Positions 13,021 through 26,415 of a stretch of DNA of 64,000 bases are shown in pieces (the first letter of the stretch is position 1; each line of letters begins with the position of its first letter). The stretch comes from Macrostomum lignano. Lineage: Eukaryota. The notes under the pieces were generated by a model. That model searched no databases. It saw only the letters and a program-made list of their open reading frames with translations, and was not told where the DNA came from. Location of the stretch: the NCBI GenBank assembly GCA_002269645.1, contig NIVC01002695.1, forward strand, positions 62,001 through 126,000, in the 5' to 3' direction. Both the position numbers and the translations under genes were made by a program.

Positions 13021-16000
13021 ATCTCAGCAATTCCCCAAGTAAGCCTTGACAAGAATTGCTAAGAATTGCTAAGAATACTTAGCTAACAATTGCTAATACT
13101 TGCTAAGAATTGCTGAGAAGCCTTGAGATCTCAGCAATTCCCCCAGTAAGCATTGACATCTCAGCGATTCTCCCAGTAAGCCTTGAAATCTTAGCAATTC
13201 CCCCAGAAAGAATTCACATCTTAGCAATTGCCGCAGTAAGCCTTGAAATCGCTGCAATTCCCCAGTAAGCCTTAACATCTCAGCAATTCCCCCAATAAGC
13301 CTTGACATCTGAGGAATTCCCCCAGTAAGCCTTGAAATCTAAGCATTTCCCCAGTAAGCCTTGAAATCTCAGCATTCCCCAGAAAGCCTTCACATTTTAG
13401 CAATTCCCAGTAAGACTTGACATCTTAGCAATTCCCAGTAAGACTTGAATCTCAGCAGTTCCCCCATTAAGCATCGACATCGCAGCAATTAAACTCGAGC
13501 CTTGACATCTACGCAGTTCTCTCAGCTGAGTAAGCCTTGACATCCCAACAACCCAACTCCCCTCCCCCAAGAATTCAGCAATCCCCTTATGAGCCTTGAT
13601 ATCTCTGCAATTTCTTCATAAGCCTTGTCAACTCAGTGATTCCATTCATGAGCTTTGATATCTTAGCAACTCCCATCTTAGCAAGTCTTTAGTTGATGGT
13701 TAACAGAGTGGTTATTTTATGATTGAACCAAAACTGACCCTAAGCCCCTAACCCTAACCCATAAGTGAGTCTTGGCATGTTAGCAATCTCCCCCGTGAGC
13801 CTTGAGCCTGAGCATTTAAGTAACTTCCTCATAAGCTTTGAAATCTAAATTTCACCGAAAGCCTTGAACTGTCAGCAATTCCCTAAGAGCCAAAGCATAT
13901 AACTAATTCGCCCCTTTAATCTTTGAAATTCCTTGATGAATCATTTATGATTGACACGATGATGATCGCTCTATAATTAAACTCAAATCCTAACCCTTAA
14001 CCTGCAGCTGAGTCACAGCATTTCAGCAACTCCCCCTCTCAGCCCAAGAATTTCAGCAATTCCCCAATGAGCTTTTGAAATCTTAGCAATTTTCCCATGA
14101 GCATGAAACTTTAGCGACTAACCTTTTGATATCTTGGCACTTTCACATGAGTCTTATGGTTGAAAACTAACCCTGCCAAGTCACAGCATTTCAGCAATTC
14201 CCACCGTAAACCACAGCATTTCAACAAATACCCAATGAACATTGACATTTCGTGAATTTCAGCTATTCGCTTTAGGAGCCTTTGAAATCTCAGTCATTCC
14301 CCGTGAACCTTAGCATCTCAGCAATACCCAAGAGTCACAGCCTACAGCATTACAGGGATCCCCCGTGAGCTTTGAAATCTCAGCTATTCCCCAATGAGCC
14401 TTGATATCTCAGCAACTCCTATTTGAGCCACAAAATTTCGGCATTATGAGCAGGTACTGCAATCACAACAATCCCCCTGAGCATTGAGCCACATTATAAT
14501 TCGGATATCCCCCCACGAGCCTTTACAACTTAGCAATTCCCCAATGAGTATTTAATGTTAGACAGGCCTATTCATTTATATGGTTTACGTCTTACTCTTA
14601 CCCTAACAATGTCGGAAATTCCCTCAAGAGCCACAGCATTCCAGAAATTATTTCCATGAGCCTTGACAGCAAATAATTTTAATGAGCCTTGATACCTCAG
14701 AAATTTCTCAAATGGAATTTGAAATCAAAGCAATTCTGCCCAGAATCACATCAGTATAGGAATTTCCCTCTGAGACTTGACAAGACATCTCAGAATTTCT
14801 CTCATGGGCCTTGATCTGGCCCATGGCCCAGTAAGCCTTGAAATCTCAATAATTCCCCAGTAAGCCTTGACATCTCAGAAATTCCCTCATTAAGATCGAC
14901 ATCGCAGCAATTGAACTTAAGCTTTGAAATCAAAGCAATTCTCCCCAGAATCACATCATTATAGCAATTACCGCTGAGCCTTGAGATCTTAGAAATTCTC
15001 CCATGAGTCTTGATATCACAGAAATTTTCCATACCAGCCTTGACATCTTAGCAATTCACATTGAGTATTTTATTCTCGACAGACCGCTTCTTTTATGGTT
15101 GACATGATGATTCTTTTGTCGCTTTTTCTTGTGTTGAGTTTTCTTCTGTTTAAAGTAGCATTTATTAAAAACTTACAGTGGTTTACCATCACTTTAGCAA
15201 TGGTTTACCATCACTTTAGCGATGGTTCACCAGCAATTTAGCAATGGTTCACCAGCAGTTTAGCAATGGTTCACCGGCACTGTTCCGCAAAATCTGGGAG
15301 CAGATGGCTACTGATCTCCATATGCTTCTCAATAATCGAAACCATTTGAAATGTTTGCAACTTGCAGTTTAAAATTGATTTGCAATTCTCTTGCATATTT
15401 ATTAATTCATTGTACGTCAGATTAGCACTGCTCACCCAGATTAGACCCTTTGCAAATTAGCACTTACAGCAGATTAGCACTGCTCTAGAAGACTAACGCA
15501 GCCCCAGCAAAAGTATCTTTAAATTTAAGTGTTTACCATCTCCATGAATCTGCATAGGATGCAATCATTATTGTCACAGGTCACAAAGATAAATTCGCTG
15601 CTTCAATGCAGGCTCGAACTGCTGACATCAAAGCATTCTGTTTGCTTCTGCTTGATACTGCCTGCCTACTGCGGCTATTGTGCCTATTGACATGTGGTCG
15701 AAATAATCTAGTTTAGCAACTTCAGCCGTTTGAAGTTAACCCCCGGAAATCGGCATTTATCCCCACAACAACCTGAAATTATCCCTTCATCTAATCCCGC
15801 AAAAAGACTGCAGTTATTTCTTAGCAGCCGGCATTTATCATCCACTTTGCATTTTAAAACTTTTATTAAAATTAAGAATGCATACCCTCAGCGGCATAGA
15901 ATTGTCCCCTTAGCCAAAAATATTTCACTTAGCAGCCGCAGAAATCCCCTAAACAACTTGTACTTAATCTTCCACAGTAAATATCCACTCAAAACTCAAT

Positions 16001-16604
16001 AGTTAGTTATAAGCCTCAGAAGTCTGCCATTATCCTCTAATTAGTCCGCAGTTTTCCCTCTCAGCAGTCTGCAGCTATACGCTCATACGTCTGGAGGAAC
16101 TACCTCAGCAGTTTGCAGTTGTTTCCCCTTTGCAATCTGCAATGATCCCTTCGACAGTCTGCAGTTCCCCTCAGCAGTCTGCAGTCATTTCATTTTCAGT
16201 CTACAACTGTACCATTAACGATTTTCATTCATTCTCTCAGCAGCCTGCAGTTCTCCTCTCGGCCGGCTCCTCAGCCTCCTCTGCAAACTGCAATTTGCTC
16301 AGAATTGTACGGCTCACTAATCAATTTTCGATACATATCGGCAGTCTTGAAAAGCTCAGCATTTAGCAGCATTGTCTGCAGTTTAGTAATTTCGTACTTT
16401 TATGGAGCTAGACAATACCCATTGATGGGATCAGTTATACTCGAAGCAGTTTTTACAAATCAAATTTGATTAGTGGCTTGTGCCGAGTAGCAAAAAATGA
16501 ATTGCTAATTAATAAAAAAATGTTTCAATTGAAATTAAATAAAAAATGTTTCAATTAGTCCAGGCACAAGCTATAAATTATTGAATTATTTGAATTTTTA
16601 TTAT

Positions 16605-16688
16605 CCGCTGGGGAGGCGGACTCGAACCTTGGACCTTACGCCTAGCCTAAACCTAGTCCTAAGTGCCTACAGTGCGGCTACTCCGCCT
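16605..16688 (-). promoter_or_regulatory. tRNA/SINE-like Pol III module in families B/D (other copies 45279-45361, 48076-48158)
   Basis: Minus strand TAGCCGCA(C/G)TG ... GGTTCGAGTCC (B box at 16628-16618, 45303-45293, 48100-48090), with about 51 nt between the starts of the A and B boxes. Confidence 0.5.
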
Positions 16689-17726
16689 ATTGATGGGAGG
16701 ACAACAAAATCAGCCATATATGCTTCAGAACTGCAGTTAAAATACATAGCAGTGATAGGCTGCTCAGTGTGTAGGCGTGCAGGCGGAGCCAATGCACAGT
16801 TGATTGAGTGAAATCTATAAATAGCAATTTTCTATGAAGTCCGCCAGTCAGAGCCAGTGTCAGAATGTACACACGCAGCCACTGAGCATTTTTTCTCCTT
16901 GCACACTGCAACCAGTATTGAAGCTTACACAGTGGAGAGAGAAAAGTTATGGCGCAATCACAATTGGAATTGGAATTCAGCCAGTCAAGAATTCAACCTA
17001 GTTTGCCCTACCATTAAAAGCATTGGGAAAACTCGTTTTTCGAATATTTAATACCTTTAGCATTAAAGCCGATTAAAGAAATTTTAACTGTCTTCTTTTC
17101 AGATAATTACAAATCTTTTGGCGAAAACGCGATTAAAATTGGTCAATCGGTTCGATCTCTAGAACGTTAGACGAATACTAACACAAATTCTCTTCGAGTG
17201 AAAGTCACACGAAGCAGCTATGACATAATCAAATACTCAGGCAGTCAGCATCAGTCTCAATTAAAGTTAGCAATATGGTTACGCAATTTCTGTCTTTCAA
17301 CTTGGCACAGTGTTTTCAACTTGTTGTGATGCAATCTTTATCAGGATCAGAATTCAGCCAGTCAGTTTTTTCTCTAGCATTCTTACAATGCATTTCAAGT
17401 CGAAAGAGCTGCTTGACCTTTGCAAAAAAGCATGTTTTTCGAATATTTAATCCCTTTAGCATTGAAGCAGATACAAGAAATTTTAACCATACAATCCCAG
17501 GCTGATTAAAAATCTTTTGGCGAAAACGCGATCAAAATCGGTGAAGAATTGCAATCTCTAGAGCGTTATGGACAAACATACAAACAAACAAATATTAGAG
17601 ATGGACAAACATACAAACAAACAAATATTAGAGATTTAGTATATTTATTAATAATTTAAAATTAAAATTAAAATTAAATTATTATACGATATACGATATA
17701 CGATATACGATATACGATTACGATTA

Positions 17727-20325
17727 CGAGTGGAACTCCTCCTCCGGAGGAGAAAGGGGAAGAACTCCCATCACCGGAATTCCATTCCCTGAAATCCATC
17801 AGCTGAAACTCCATGACTTGAATCCCATCTTCCAAATCATCTCCAAATCCTCTGTAAAGCCTTTTTGCTCTCCTCTTTGCCCTCTCATCTCTACAGTGTA
17901 GTCTCTTATCTCTTCTCTCTAATCTGCTTTCCATCTCTAGTCTCTCATCTCTGCTCTCTCTTCTTTGCTATCTTATACATGTATCTAGTCTCTCCTCTCT
18001 CTCCTCTCATCTCTACTCCCTTATGTATCTCTTCTCCCTCGTCTTTCATCTGTACCCTCTCCTGTCTCTTGTCTCCTCTCTTCTCTCATATCTCTCCTCT
18101 TCACTTCTGTCTCCTGTCTCCTCTCTTCACTTTTATCTTCTCTCCCTCTTCTCTCCTCTCTCATATGTCATCTCTACTCACTTATCTATCGTCTCTCTTT
18201 ACCCTCTCTCTCCTCTCTGCTCTCATTTCTCATATCTCATATACGCTCTCACACTCTACTTTCTTGTCTCCCATCTTTCTTTCCTCCTTTCCACTATCCC
18301 CTGTCTCTTCTCTTCTCTCTTTTCTCCTCTCCTTTTTCCTTTCATCTTCTCCCCTCTCTTCTCTAATCTCTAATCTCTTCTCTCTTATGTTCTCACGCAT
18401 CTCTTCTCATCGCATCTCTCATCTCTCCGCTCCTCACTACTTTCCTCTCTTAACTCTCTCATCTCTGATCTTTCATCTCTCTCCTCTCTCCTCTCTCTCT
18501 TCTCCTTTCGCTTCTCTCTCCTCTCTCTCCTTCTACTACCTTATTTATATCTTCTCCCTGGTCTTTCGTCTCTACTCTCTTCTGTCTCCTTTCTCCCCTC
18601 TTTTCTCCTCTCTTCTCTCCCCTGTCTTCCCTCCTCTCTCATCCCTCATCCCCTCATCTCACTCTTTCTTTCTCCTCTACTCTCCCCTTTCTTCTATTTC
18701 CTCTGTACGCTCTTATCCCTCATCTATTCTCTCTCCTATTATCTCTCTTGTATCCCTTTGCTATCTCATATCTCCCCTCTCATCTCCTCTCTCCTCTTCT
18801 CTTCTCTCTCCTTCGTTCCCGCCTTACTCCCCTCTTCTCTCCCATCTGTCATGTCTAATCTCTCGTCTCATTTCTACTCTGTTTTCTATCATCTCATCTC
18901 ATCTCTCTTCTCTTTTCATTCTTCTCTTTACTCTCTTCTCTTTTCATTCTTCTCTTTACTCTCTTCTCTGACTGATTGAAGATGCCAAATCCATCAAGAT
19001 CCTCTCCGCGAAGCAGAAATCCTGTCCGTGCAACTGAAAACCATCGAAATCCTCTCCGTGAAACTGGACTCCTTCGAAATCCTCTCCTTGAAACTTAAAT
19101 CCATCAAAATCACAGAAATCGTCTCCATAAAGCAGAAATCAATCGTATATTATCTCCGCGAAACAGAAATCCTCTCCGTGAAACTGAACACCATCGAAAT
19201 CCTCTCCATGAAACTGAACACCATCGAAATCCTCTCCACGAAACAGAAATCCTCTACGTCAAAATTAAAACATTGAAATCGTCTCCGCTAAACTGGACTC
19301 AATCGATTTTTTTGCCGTCAAACAACTCAACTCCGGATTCATTGGTTAGGGTTAGGGTTAGGGTTAGGGTTAGAAATTAGAACTACGCACAGCTTCGTGT
19401 TAAAAAGCACTGATAAAAATATTGAACTAATTGAATCAATTCATTGCGCAACCGATTTCACAGTCAGTCAGTATCAGTCTCAGTTAAAGTTAACAAAAAC
19501 ATTGCGCAATCTAAATCAACCCTCCAATACACAGCAGCAGTGAGAAGTTGAACCCTCCCCCCAACTTTATCTATTACGTCTCGCAAAACTAAGTACAATC
19601 TTTGCAGAAAGTTAAAAGTATGGAAATAGTTTTTCAAATGATGTGCTTTTTCTTTTCATATATAAAGCAAACAACTTATATCCCCAAACTCAGCGTTGCA
19701 AGATCTTTCCAGCAATATAAGTCTCTCCTCTCAAAGTTTAAAACTCGAGGAACAGTTAGCGTTTGAAATTTACCGATTTCCCGACTGCTTGCTAGAGAAG
19801 CTCGCAATTCATTGAATTTCACTGCCAAGCTAATACACAGGGCTGCCTATGGAGAAAAAAAGGCGCCGATAATAAAACCAAATGAATTTCGACACAGTCT
19901 ATCTATTTACACTGTACAACTGCTATGTACACTCAGCCCAAGCCCAACCCCCGTTCTGGGGGAAGCATTAAATTTAACTCAACCCCCCCAACACGCGGGG
20001 TTTTATTTGCATTGAACGCAGAACACGCGCACCCACCACCCCTCAATACACAGCGGCCCGCGGGCGGAGGTTGGGGTGGCTATTTTTACAAACTGGCTGA
20101 AGCCCCAGGCAGAGTGACCAAAGAAGGTTATTGGGGGTTAAAAAAGCAGTTTTCTGCTTTTTTAGTGATGTTAAAATGTGAAAATTAAAAATTAAAATAG
20201 CCTAAAGCCTGCTCCGGAAAATTTGCAGTTTTCCGATATAAGTTTCGACGCTGACTTGCCAGAATTGTAGGAGTTCACTTACAACATACAGACAGACAAA
20301 CATCGCTATAGTTTTAGTATTAAGA
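17727..20325 (-). mobile_element. Helitron-like element, family C, copy C1
   Basis: TCTTAATACTAAAA start (20325) and CTCCTCC/GGAGGAG hairpin plus CTCG end (17730-17727). Contains a CT tract at ~17865-18970 and (GGTTAG)5 at 19344-19373. Confidence 0.7.
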
Positions 20326-21712
20326 CGAGGCCAACTCCTCCTCTGGAGGAGAAAGGGGAAGAATTCCCATCACCGGAACTCCATTCCCTGAAATGCCATT
20401 CCCTGAATCCCATCATCCAACTCCTCTCCGCGAAACTGAACATCATCGAAATCCTCTCCGTAAAAGATAACTCCATCAAAAACCTCTCCGTGAAACTGAC
20501 ATTCATCAAAATCCTCTCCGAGAAACAGAAATCCTCTCCGTTAAACTGGACTTCATGGAAATCCTCTGCGTGAAACTGACATCCATCAAAATCGTCTCCG
20601 CGAAACAGAAATTCTCTCCTTAAAACTGGACTGAATCGAAATTTTCTCCGTCAAAAAGAATCAACTCTCAGGATTTAGTGGTTAGGGTTAGGGTTAGGGT
20701 TAGAGCTACAACGCAGCAGCGTGTTGAAAGGCGCCGATAAAAAATTGAACCAATTAAATTCATTGAATGCGCAACCGATTTCACAGTCAGTCAGTATCAG
20801 TCTCGGTAAAAGTTAACAAAAAGATTGCGCAAACTAAATCAACCCTTCAATACACAGCGACTGACCCCCTTCCGCAGTGGCAATTAAAAGTTGAACCGCC
20901 CCTCCCCTCCCACCAACTGTTGGGGGTTGGTCGAACCCCCATTGAACTCCAAAATGAGTACACTGCAGAAAGTTAAAAGTATGGAAATCGTTTTTTAAAT
21001 GCTGTGCTTTTTGTTTTCACATTTAAAGCAAACAACTTATATCCCCGAACTCAGCGTTGCAAGATCTTTCCAGCAATGTAAGTCTCTCCTCTGAAAGTGT
21101 AAAACTTGAGGAACAGTTAGCGTTTGAAATTTCCTGATTTAAAGCATTGAAGTATCGAGTGTACGTTCACTGCCTGCTAAAGAGGCTCGCAAGTTTATTC
21201 ATTGAATTTTACTGCCCAGCAAATACACATGGCTGCCTATTGAATGGCGCCGACAATAAAACCAATTAAATCTCGACACAGTCCTAGCTATCTCCTTACA
21301 CTGTACAACTTCTATGTACACTCAGCCCAAGCCCAACCCCCCATTCCGGGGGAATCGTTAAATTTAATTGAACCCCTAACACGCGGGGGGGTTTGCATTG
21401 AACGCGGAACACGCGCACCCACCCCCCCCCCCCCAAAAACACAGCGACCCGCGGGCGGAGGTTGGGGTGGCTATTTTTACAAACTGGCTGCAGCCCCAGG
21501 CAGAGTGGCCAAAGAAGGTTATTGAGGGTTAAAAAAACAGTTTTCTGCTTTTTTAGGGATCTTAAAATGTAAAAATGAAAGATTAAAATAGCTATAAACC
21601 CAATCCGGAAAATTTGCAGTTTTCCCATATAAGTTTCAACGCTGACTTGCCAGTAGTCTAGGAGAAAAATTGCAACACACAAACAAACAACGCACCAGTT
21701 TTAGTATTAAGA
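20326..21712 (-). mobile_element. Family C copy C2 (short, lacks the CT tract)
   Basis: Flush CTCG|TC junction at 20326/20325; (GGTTAG)4 at 20680-20703. Confidence 0.7.
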
Positions 21713-21714
21713 GA

Positions 21715-22859
21715 TGCGTGAAACTGACATCCATCAAAATCGTCTCCGCGAAACAGAAATTCTCTCCTTAAAACTGGACTGAATCGAAATTTTCTCCGTC
21801 AAAAAGAATCAACTCTCAGGATTTAGTGGTTAGGGTTAGGGTTAGGGTTAGAGCTACAACGCAGCAGCGTGTTGAAAGGCGCCGATAAAAAATTGAACCA
21901 ATTAAATTCATTGAATGCGCAACCGATTTCACAGTCAGTCAGTATCAGTCTCGGTAAAAGTTAACAAAAAGATTGCGCAAACTAAATCAACCCTTCAATA
22001 CACAGCGACTGACCCCCTTCCGCAGTGGCAATTAAAAGTTGAACCGCCCCTCCCCTCCCACCAACTGTTGGGGGGTTGGTCGAACCCCCATTGAACTCCA
22101 AAATGAGTACACTGCAGAAAGTTAAAAGTATGGAAATCGTTTTTTAAATGCTGTGCTTTTTGTTTTCACATTTAAAGCAAACAACTTATATCCCCGAACT
22201 CAGCGTTGCAAGATCTTTCCAGCAATGTAAGTCTCTCCTCTGAAAGTGTAAAACTTGAGGAACAGTTAGCGTTTGAAATTTCCTGATTTAAAGCATTGAA
22301 GTATCGAGTGTACGTTCACTGCCTGCTAAAGAGGCTCGCAAGTTTATTCATTGAATTTTACTGCCCAGCAAATACACATGGCTGCCTATTGAATGGCGCC
22401 GACAATAAAACCAATTAAATCTCGACACAGTCCTAGCTATCTCCTTACACTGTACAACTTCTATGTACACTCAGCCCAAGCCCAACCCCCCATTCCGGGG
22501 GAATCGTTAAATTTAATTGAACCCCTAACACGCGGGGGGTTTGCATTGAACGCGGAACACGCGCACCCACCCCCCCCCCCCAAAAACACAGCGACCCGCG
22601 GGCGGAGGTTGGGGTGGCTATTTTTACAAACTGGCTGCAGCCCCAGGCAGAGTGGCCAAAGAAGGTTATTGAGGGTTAAAAAAACAGTTTTCTGCTTTTT
22701 TAGGGATCTTAAAATGTAAAAATGAAAGATTAAAATAGCTATAAACCCAATCCGGAAAATTTGCAGTTTTCCCATATAAGTTTCAACGCTGACTTGCCAG
22801 TAGTCTAGGAGAAAAATTGCAACACACAAACAAACAACGCACCAGTTTTAGTATTAAGA
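21715..22859 (-). mobile_element. Near-exact duplicate of the 5' 1.15 kb of C2
   Basis: Matches 20567-21712; the only differences seen are homopolymer lengths. Confidence 0.85.
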
Positions 22860-22878
22860 TAGATAGATAGATAGATAG

Positions 22879-23615
22879 AGAGAAGTTGAACCCCCCCCCA
22901 ACTTTATCTCTGACCTATCGCAAAAATAAGTACAATCTTTGCAAAAGTATTTAAATCGTTTTTGAATGCTGTGCTTTTAGTTTTCATATTTAAAGCAAAA
23001 AACCTATATCCCGGAACTCAACGCTACAAACTCTTTCCAGCAATATAAGTCTCTCCTCTCAAAGTTAAAAAATCGAGCAACAGTTAGCATTTGAAATTTT
23101 CTGATTTAAAGCATTGAAATATCGAGTGTACGTTCACTGCCTGCAGCAGTGGGAGGCTCGCAAGTTTATTCATTGAATTTCACTGTCCAAAACTACACAG
23201 GGCAGCCTATTGAAAATCAGAACACATATCGTTGCGCAATTGTCTATACAATCAGCCAGTGAGCTAGGGTCCGATTGTACACACGCAGCCACTGAGAACG
23301 CGACCATCCCCCACTGGAGAGAAAATACACTGCAGAGATAGGAGAAAGTTATGGCGCAATCGCTCAAAATTCATGCAAATTTTCAGCTCCAAGCAGAAAG
23401 AGGGTACAATTAAGATTATCAAAGGTCAAAACCGCCGTTTTCTGCTTTTTTAGGGATCTTAAAATGTAAAAATGAAAGATTAAAATAGCCTAAAGCCATC
23501 CTCGGAAAATTTGCAGTTTTCCAATATAAGTTTTAACGCTGAGTTGCAAGTATTCTAGGAGGAGTTATGCAACAGACAAACAAACACACAAACATCGCAC
23601 CAACTTTAGTATATA
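22879..23615 (-). mobile_element. Family C 5' fragment C3
   Basis: Nearly identical to 31896-32628. The terminus reads TATATACTAAAG and lacks the TC. Confidence 0.7.
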
Positions 23616-24046
23616 CGAGTGGAACTCCTCCTTCGGAGGAGAAAGGGGAAGAACTCCCATCACCGGAATTCCATTCCCTGAATTATCCATCAACTGAAAT
23701 TCCATGTCTTGAACCCCATCTTCCAAATCGTCTCCAAATTCTTTACAAACCTTTCAAAGACCATAGCTCAAAGACTCTTACGTCTCTCATATCTACTCTC
23801 TCCTCTCTTCGCTATTATCGTGACTCTCTTCTCTCTCCTCTCTCTCATCTCATCTCTACCCCTACTTCCTTATTTATCTCTTCTCCCTCGTCTTTCGTCT
23901 GTACCCCCTCCTGTCTCCTCTGTTCTCTGTTCTATCACATCTCTATTCTTCACTTCTGTCTCCTGTCTCCTCTCTTCTCTCTTATCTCTCCTTCTTCTCT
24001 TCTCTCTCATATGTCATCTCTACTCACTTATCTATCGTCTCTCTTA

Positions 24047-24105
<59 letters not shown>

Positions 24106-26374
24106 CTCTCTGCTCTCATTTCTTATATCTCATATACGGTCTCAGACTCTACTTTCTTGTCTCCCATCTTTCTTTCCTCCTTTCCACTACCCCCGTCTCT
24201 TCTCTTCTCTCTTTTCTAATCTCTAATCTCTTCTCTCTTATGTTCTCACTCATCTCTTCTCCTCGCATCTCTCATCTCTCCTCTCCTCACTACTTCCCTC
24301 TCTTAACTCTCTCATCTCTGATTTTTCATCTCTCTCCTCTCTCCTCTCTCTCTTTTCCTTTCGCTTCTCTCTCCTCCCTCTCCTCTCATCTCTACTACTT
24401 TATTTATATCTTCTCCCTCGTCTTTCGTCTCTACTCTCGTCTGTCTCCTTTCTCCCCTTTTTTCTCCTCTTTTCTCTCTTCTCTCTCCGCTCCTCTCTCA
24501 TCTCTCATCCCTCATCTCACTCTTTCTTTCTCCTCTACTCTCCCCTCTCTTCTATTTCCTCTGTACGCTCTTATCCTTCATCTATTCTCTCTCCTATTAT
24601 CTCTCTTGTCTCCCTTTGCTATCTCATATATCCACTCTTATCTCCTCTCTCCTCTTCGCTTTTCTGTCCTTCGTTCCCGCCTTAATCCCCTCTTCTCTCC
24701 CATCTGTCATGTCTAATCTCTCCACTCATTTCTACTCTGTTTTCTACCATCTCATATCTCTTCTCTTTTCATTCTTCTTTTTATTCTCTTCTCTGACTGA
24801 TTGAAGATGCCAAATCAATCAAGATCCTCTCCGCGAAGCAGAAATCCTGTCCGTGCAACTGAAAACCATCGAAATCCTCTCCGTGAAACTGAAGAGAATC
24901 GAAATCCTCTCCGCGAAACAGAAATCCTCTCCGTGAAACTGAAAACCATCGAAATTCTTTCTTTTAAACTGGACTCAATCGAAATTTTCTCCGTCAAAAA
25001 GAATAAATATCAGGATTCATTGGTTATTGTTAAGGGTTAGGGTTAGGGTTAGAGCTACACACAGCTGCGTGTTCAAATAAAAAATGAACCAATTGAATCA
25101 ATTGATTGCGCAACCGATTTCACAGTCAGTCAGTATCAGTCTCAGTTAAAGTTAGCAAAAAAATTGCGCAATCTAAATCAACCCTCCAGTACACAGAGAC
25201 CGACCCCTTTTCAATACGCAGTGGCAGTTAGAAATTGAACCTCAAACTTTTGGGGGCATTGAACAAAAAAATGAGTACAATCTTTGCATAAAGCTAAAAG
25301 TATGGAAATGGTTTTTTGAAACATTTTATATCCTCGAACTCAGCGTTGCAAGATCTTTTCAGCAGTATAAGTCTCTTCTCTTAAAGTTTAGAACTCGAAG
25401 AGCAGTTAGCGTTTGAAAGTTCCCGTTTTAAAGCATTGAAATGTCGCGTGTACGTTCACTGCCTGCCAAAGAGGCTCGCAAGTTTATTCATTTACTACAC
25501 AGGCCGGCTATTACACAGGGCAGCCTATTGAAAGGCACAGATAATAAAACAAAATTGATGGCGCAACTGATTTCACAGTATGTCAGTATCAGTCTCAGTT
25601 ACAGTTAACAAAAAGATTGCGCAATCTAAATCAACCCTCCAATACACAGCGCCCGACCGCCTTCCACTACGCAGTGGCAATTAGCAATTGAACCCCCCAA
25701 ATTTATCTCTGACCTATCGCAAAAATAAGTACAATCTTTGCAGCAAGTTAAAAGTAAAAGTAATAAAATCGTTTTTTGAATGCTGTGCTTTTAATTTTTA
25801 CAGTTAAAGCAAACAACTTATATCCCTGAACTCAGCGTTGCAAGATCTTTCCAGCAATATAAGTCTCTCCTCTCAAAGTTCAAAAATCGAGCAACAGTTA
25901 GCATTTGAAACTTTCTGATTTAAAGCATTGAAATATCGAGTGTACGTTCACTGCCTGCTAGAGAGGCTCGCAAATTGATGCATTGAATTTCACTGTCCGC
26001 CAGTTAGCTAGGGTCCAAGTGTACACACGCCGCCACTGAGAACGCTCCTATCCCCCCACTGGAGAGAAAATACACTGCCAAGTTAGCAAAATTTTATGGC
26101 GCAATCACTTAAAATTCATGCAAATTTTCAGCTCCAAGCAGAAAGAGGGGACAATTAAGATTATCAAAGGTCAAGACCGCCGTTTTCTGCTTTTTTGAGG
26201 ATCTTAGAAATTAAAATTTCAGAATTAAAATAGCCTATAGCCGACCTCGGATAATTTCCAATCTTCCCATATAAGTTTCAACGCTGAGTTGCCACTATTC
26301 AAGGAGGAGTTGTCGAAATGACAGACAGACACACAGACAGACAGACAAACAACACGTCAACTTTAGTATATAGA
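23616..26374 (-). mobile_element. Family C copy C4
   Basis: Hairpin+CTCG at 23619-23616 and TC at 26374. CT tract ~23770-24790 including pure (CT)n at ~24050-24100; (GGTTAG)3 at 25035-25052. Confidence 0.7.
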
Positions 26375-26415
26375 GACAGACAAACAACGCGTCAACTTTA
26401 GTATATATAGATAGA

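Larger units (their letters stand above)
11923..17645 (-). mobile_element. Helitron-like element, family B (related to D), with degenerate termini
   Basis: Hairpin CTCCCC-AGC-GGGGGG plus CTAT end near 11923. The 5' end resembles the D-type AATATACTAAATCT terminus. Shares 15420-17070 blocks with D1/D2. Confidence 0.55.

Noticed and set aside
801-15032. Many 60-130 aa ORFs (GCLLS, DACYL, MSNIKEPP, LINQGLLH)
   Set aside because: They are translations of minisatellites, open in several frames at once, with no domain signal.
17865-18971. 368-aa Leu/Ser-rich 'membrane protein' ORF and its relatives in other C copies
   Set aside because: A/G-poor CT tracts lack stop codons by composition, and the frames are not conserved between copies.
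19344-19373. True telomere or chromosome-fusion site
   Set aside because: Only 3-5 units, at a fixed position inside a repeated element, all in one orientation, with no head-to-head TTAGGG/CCCTAA.
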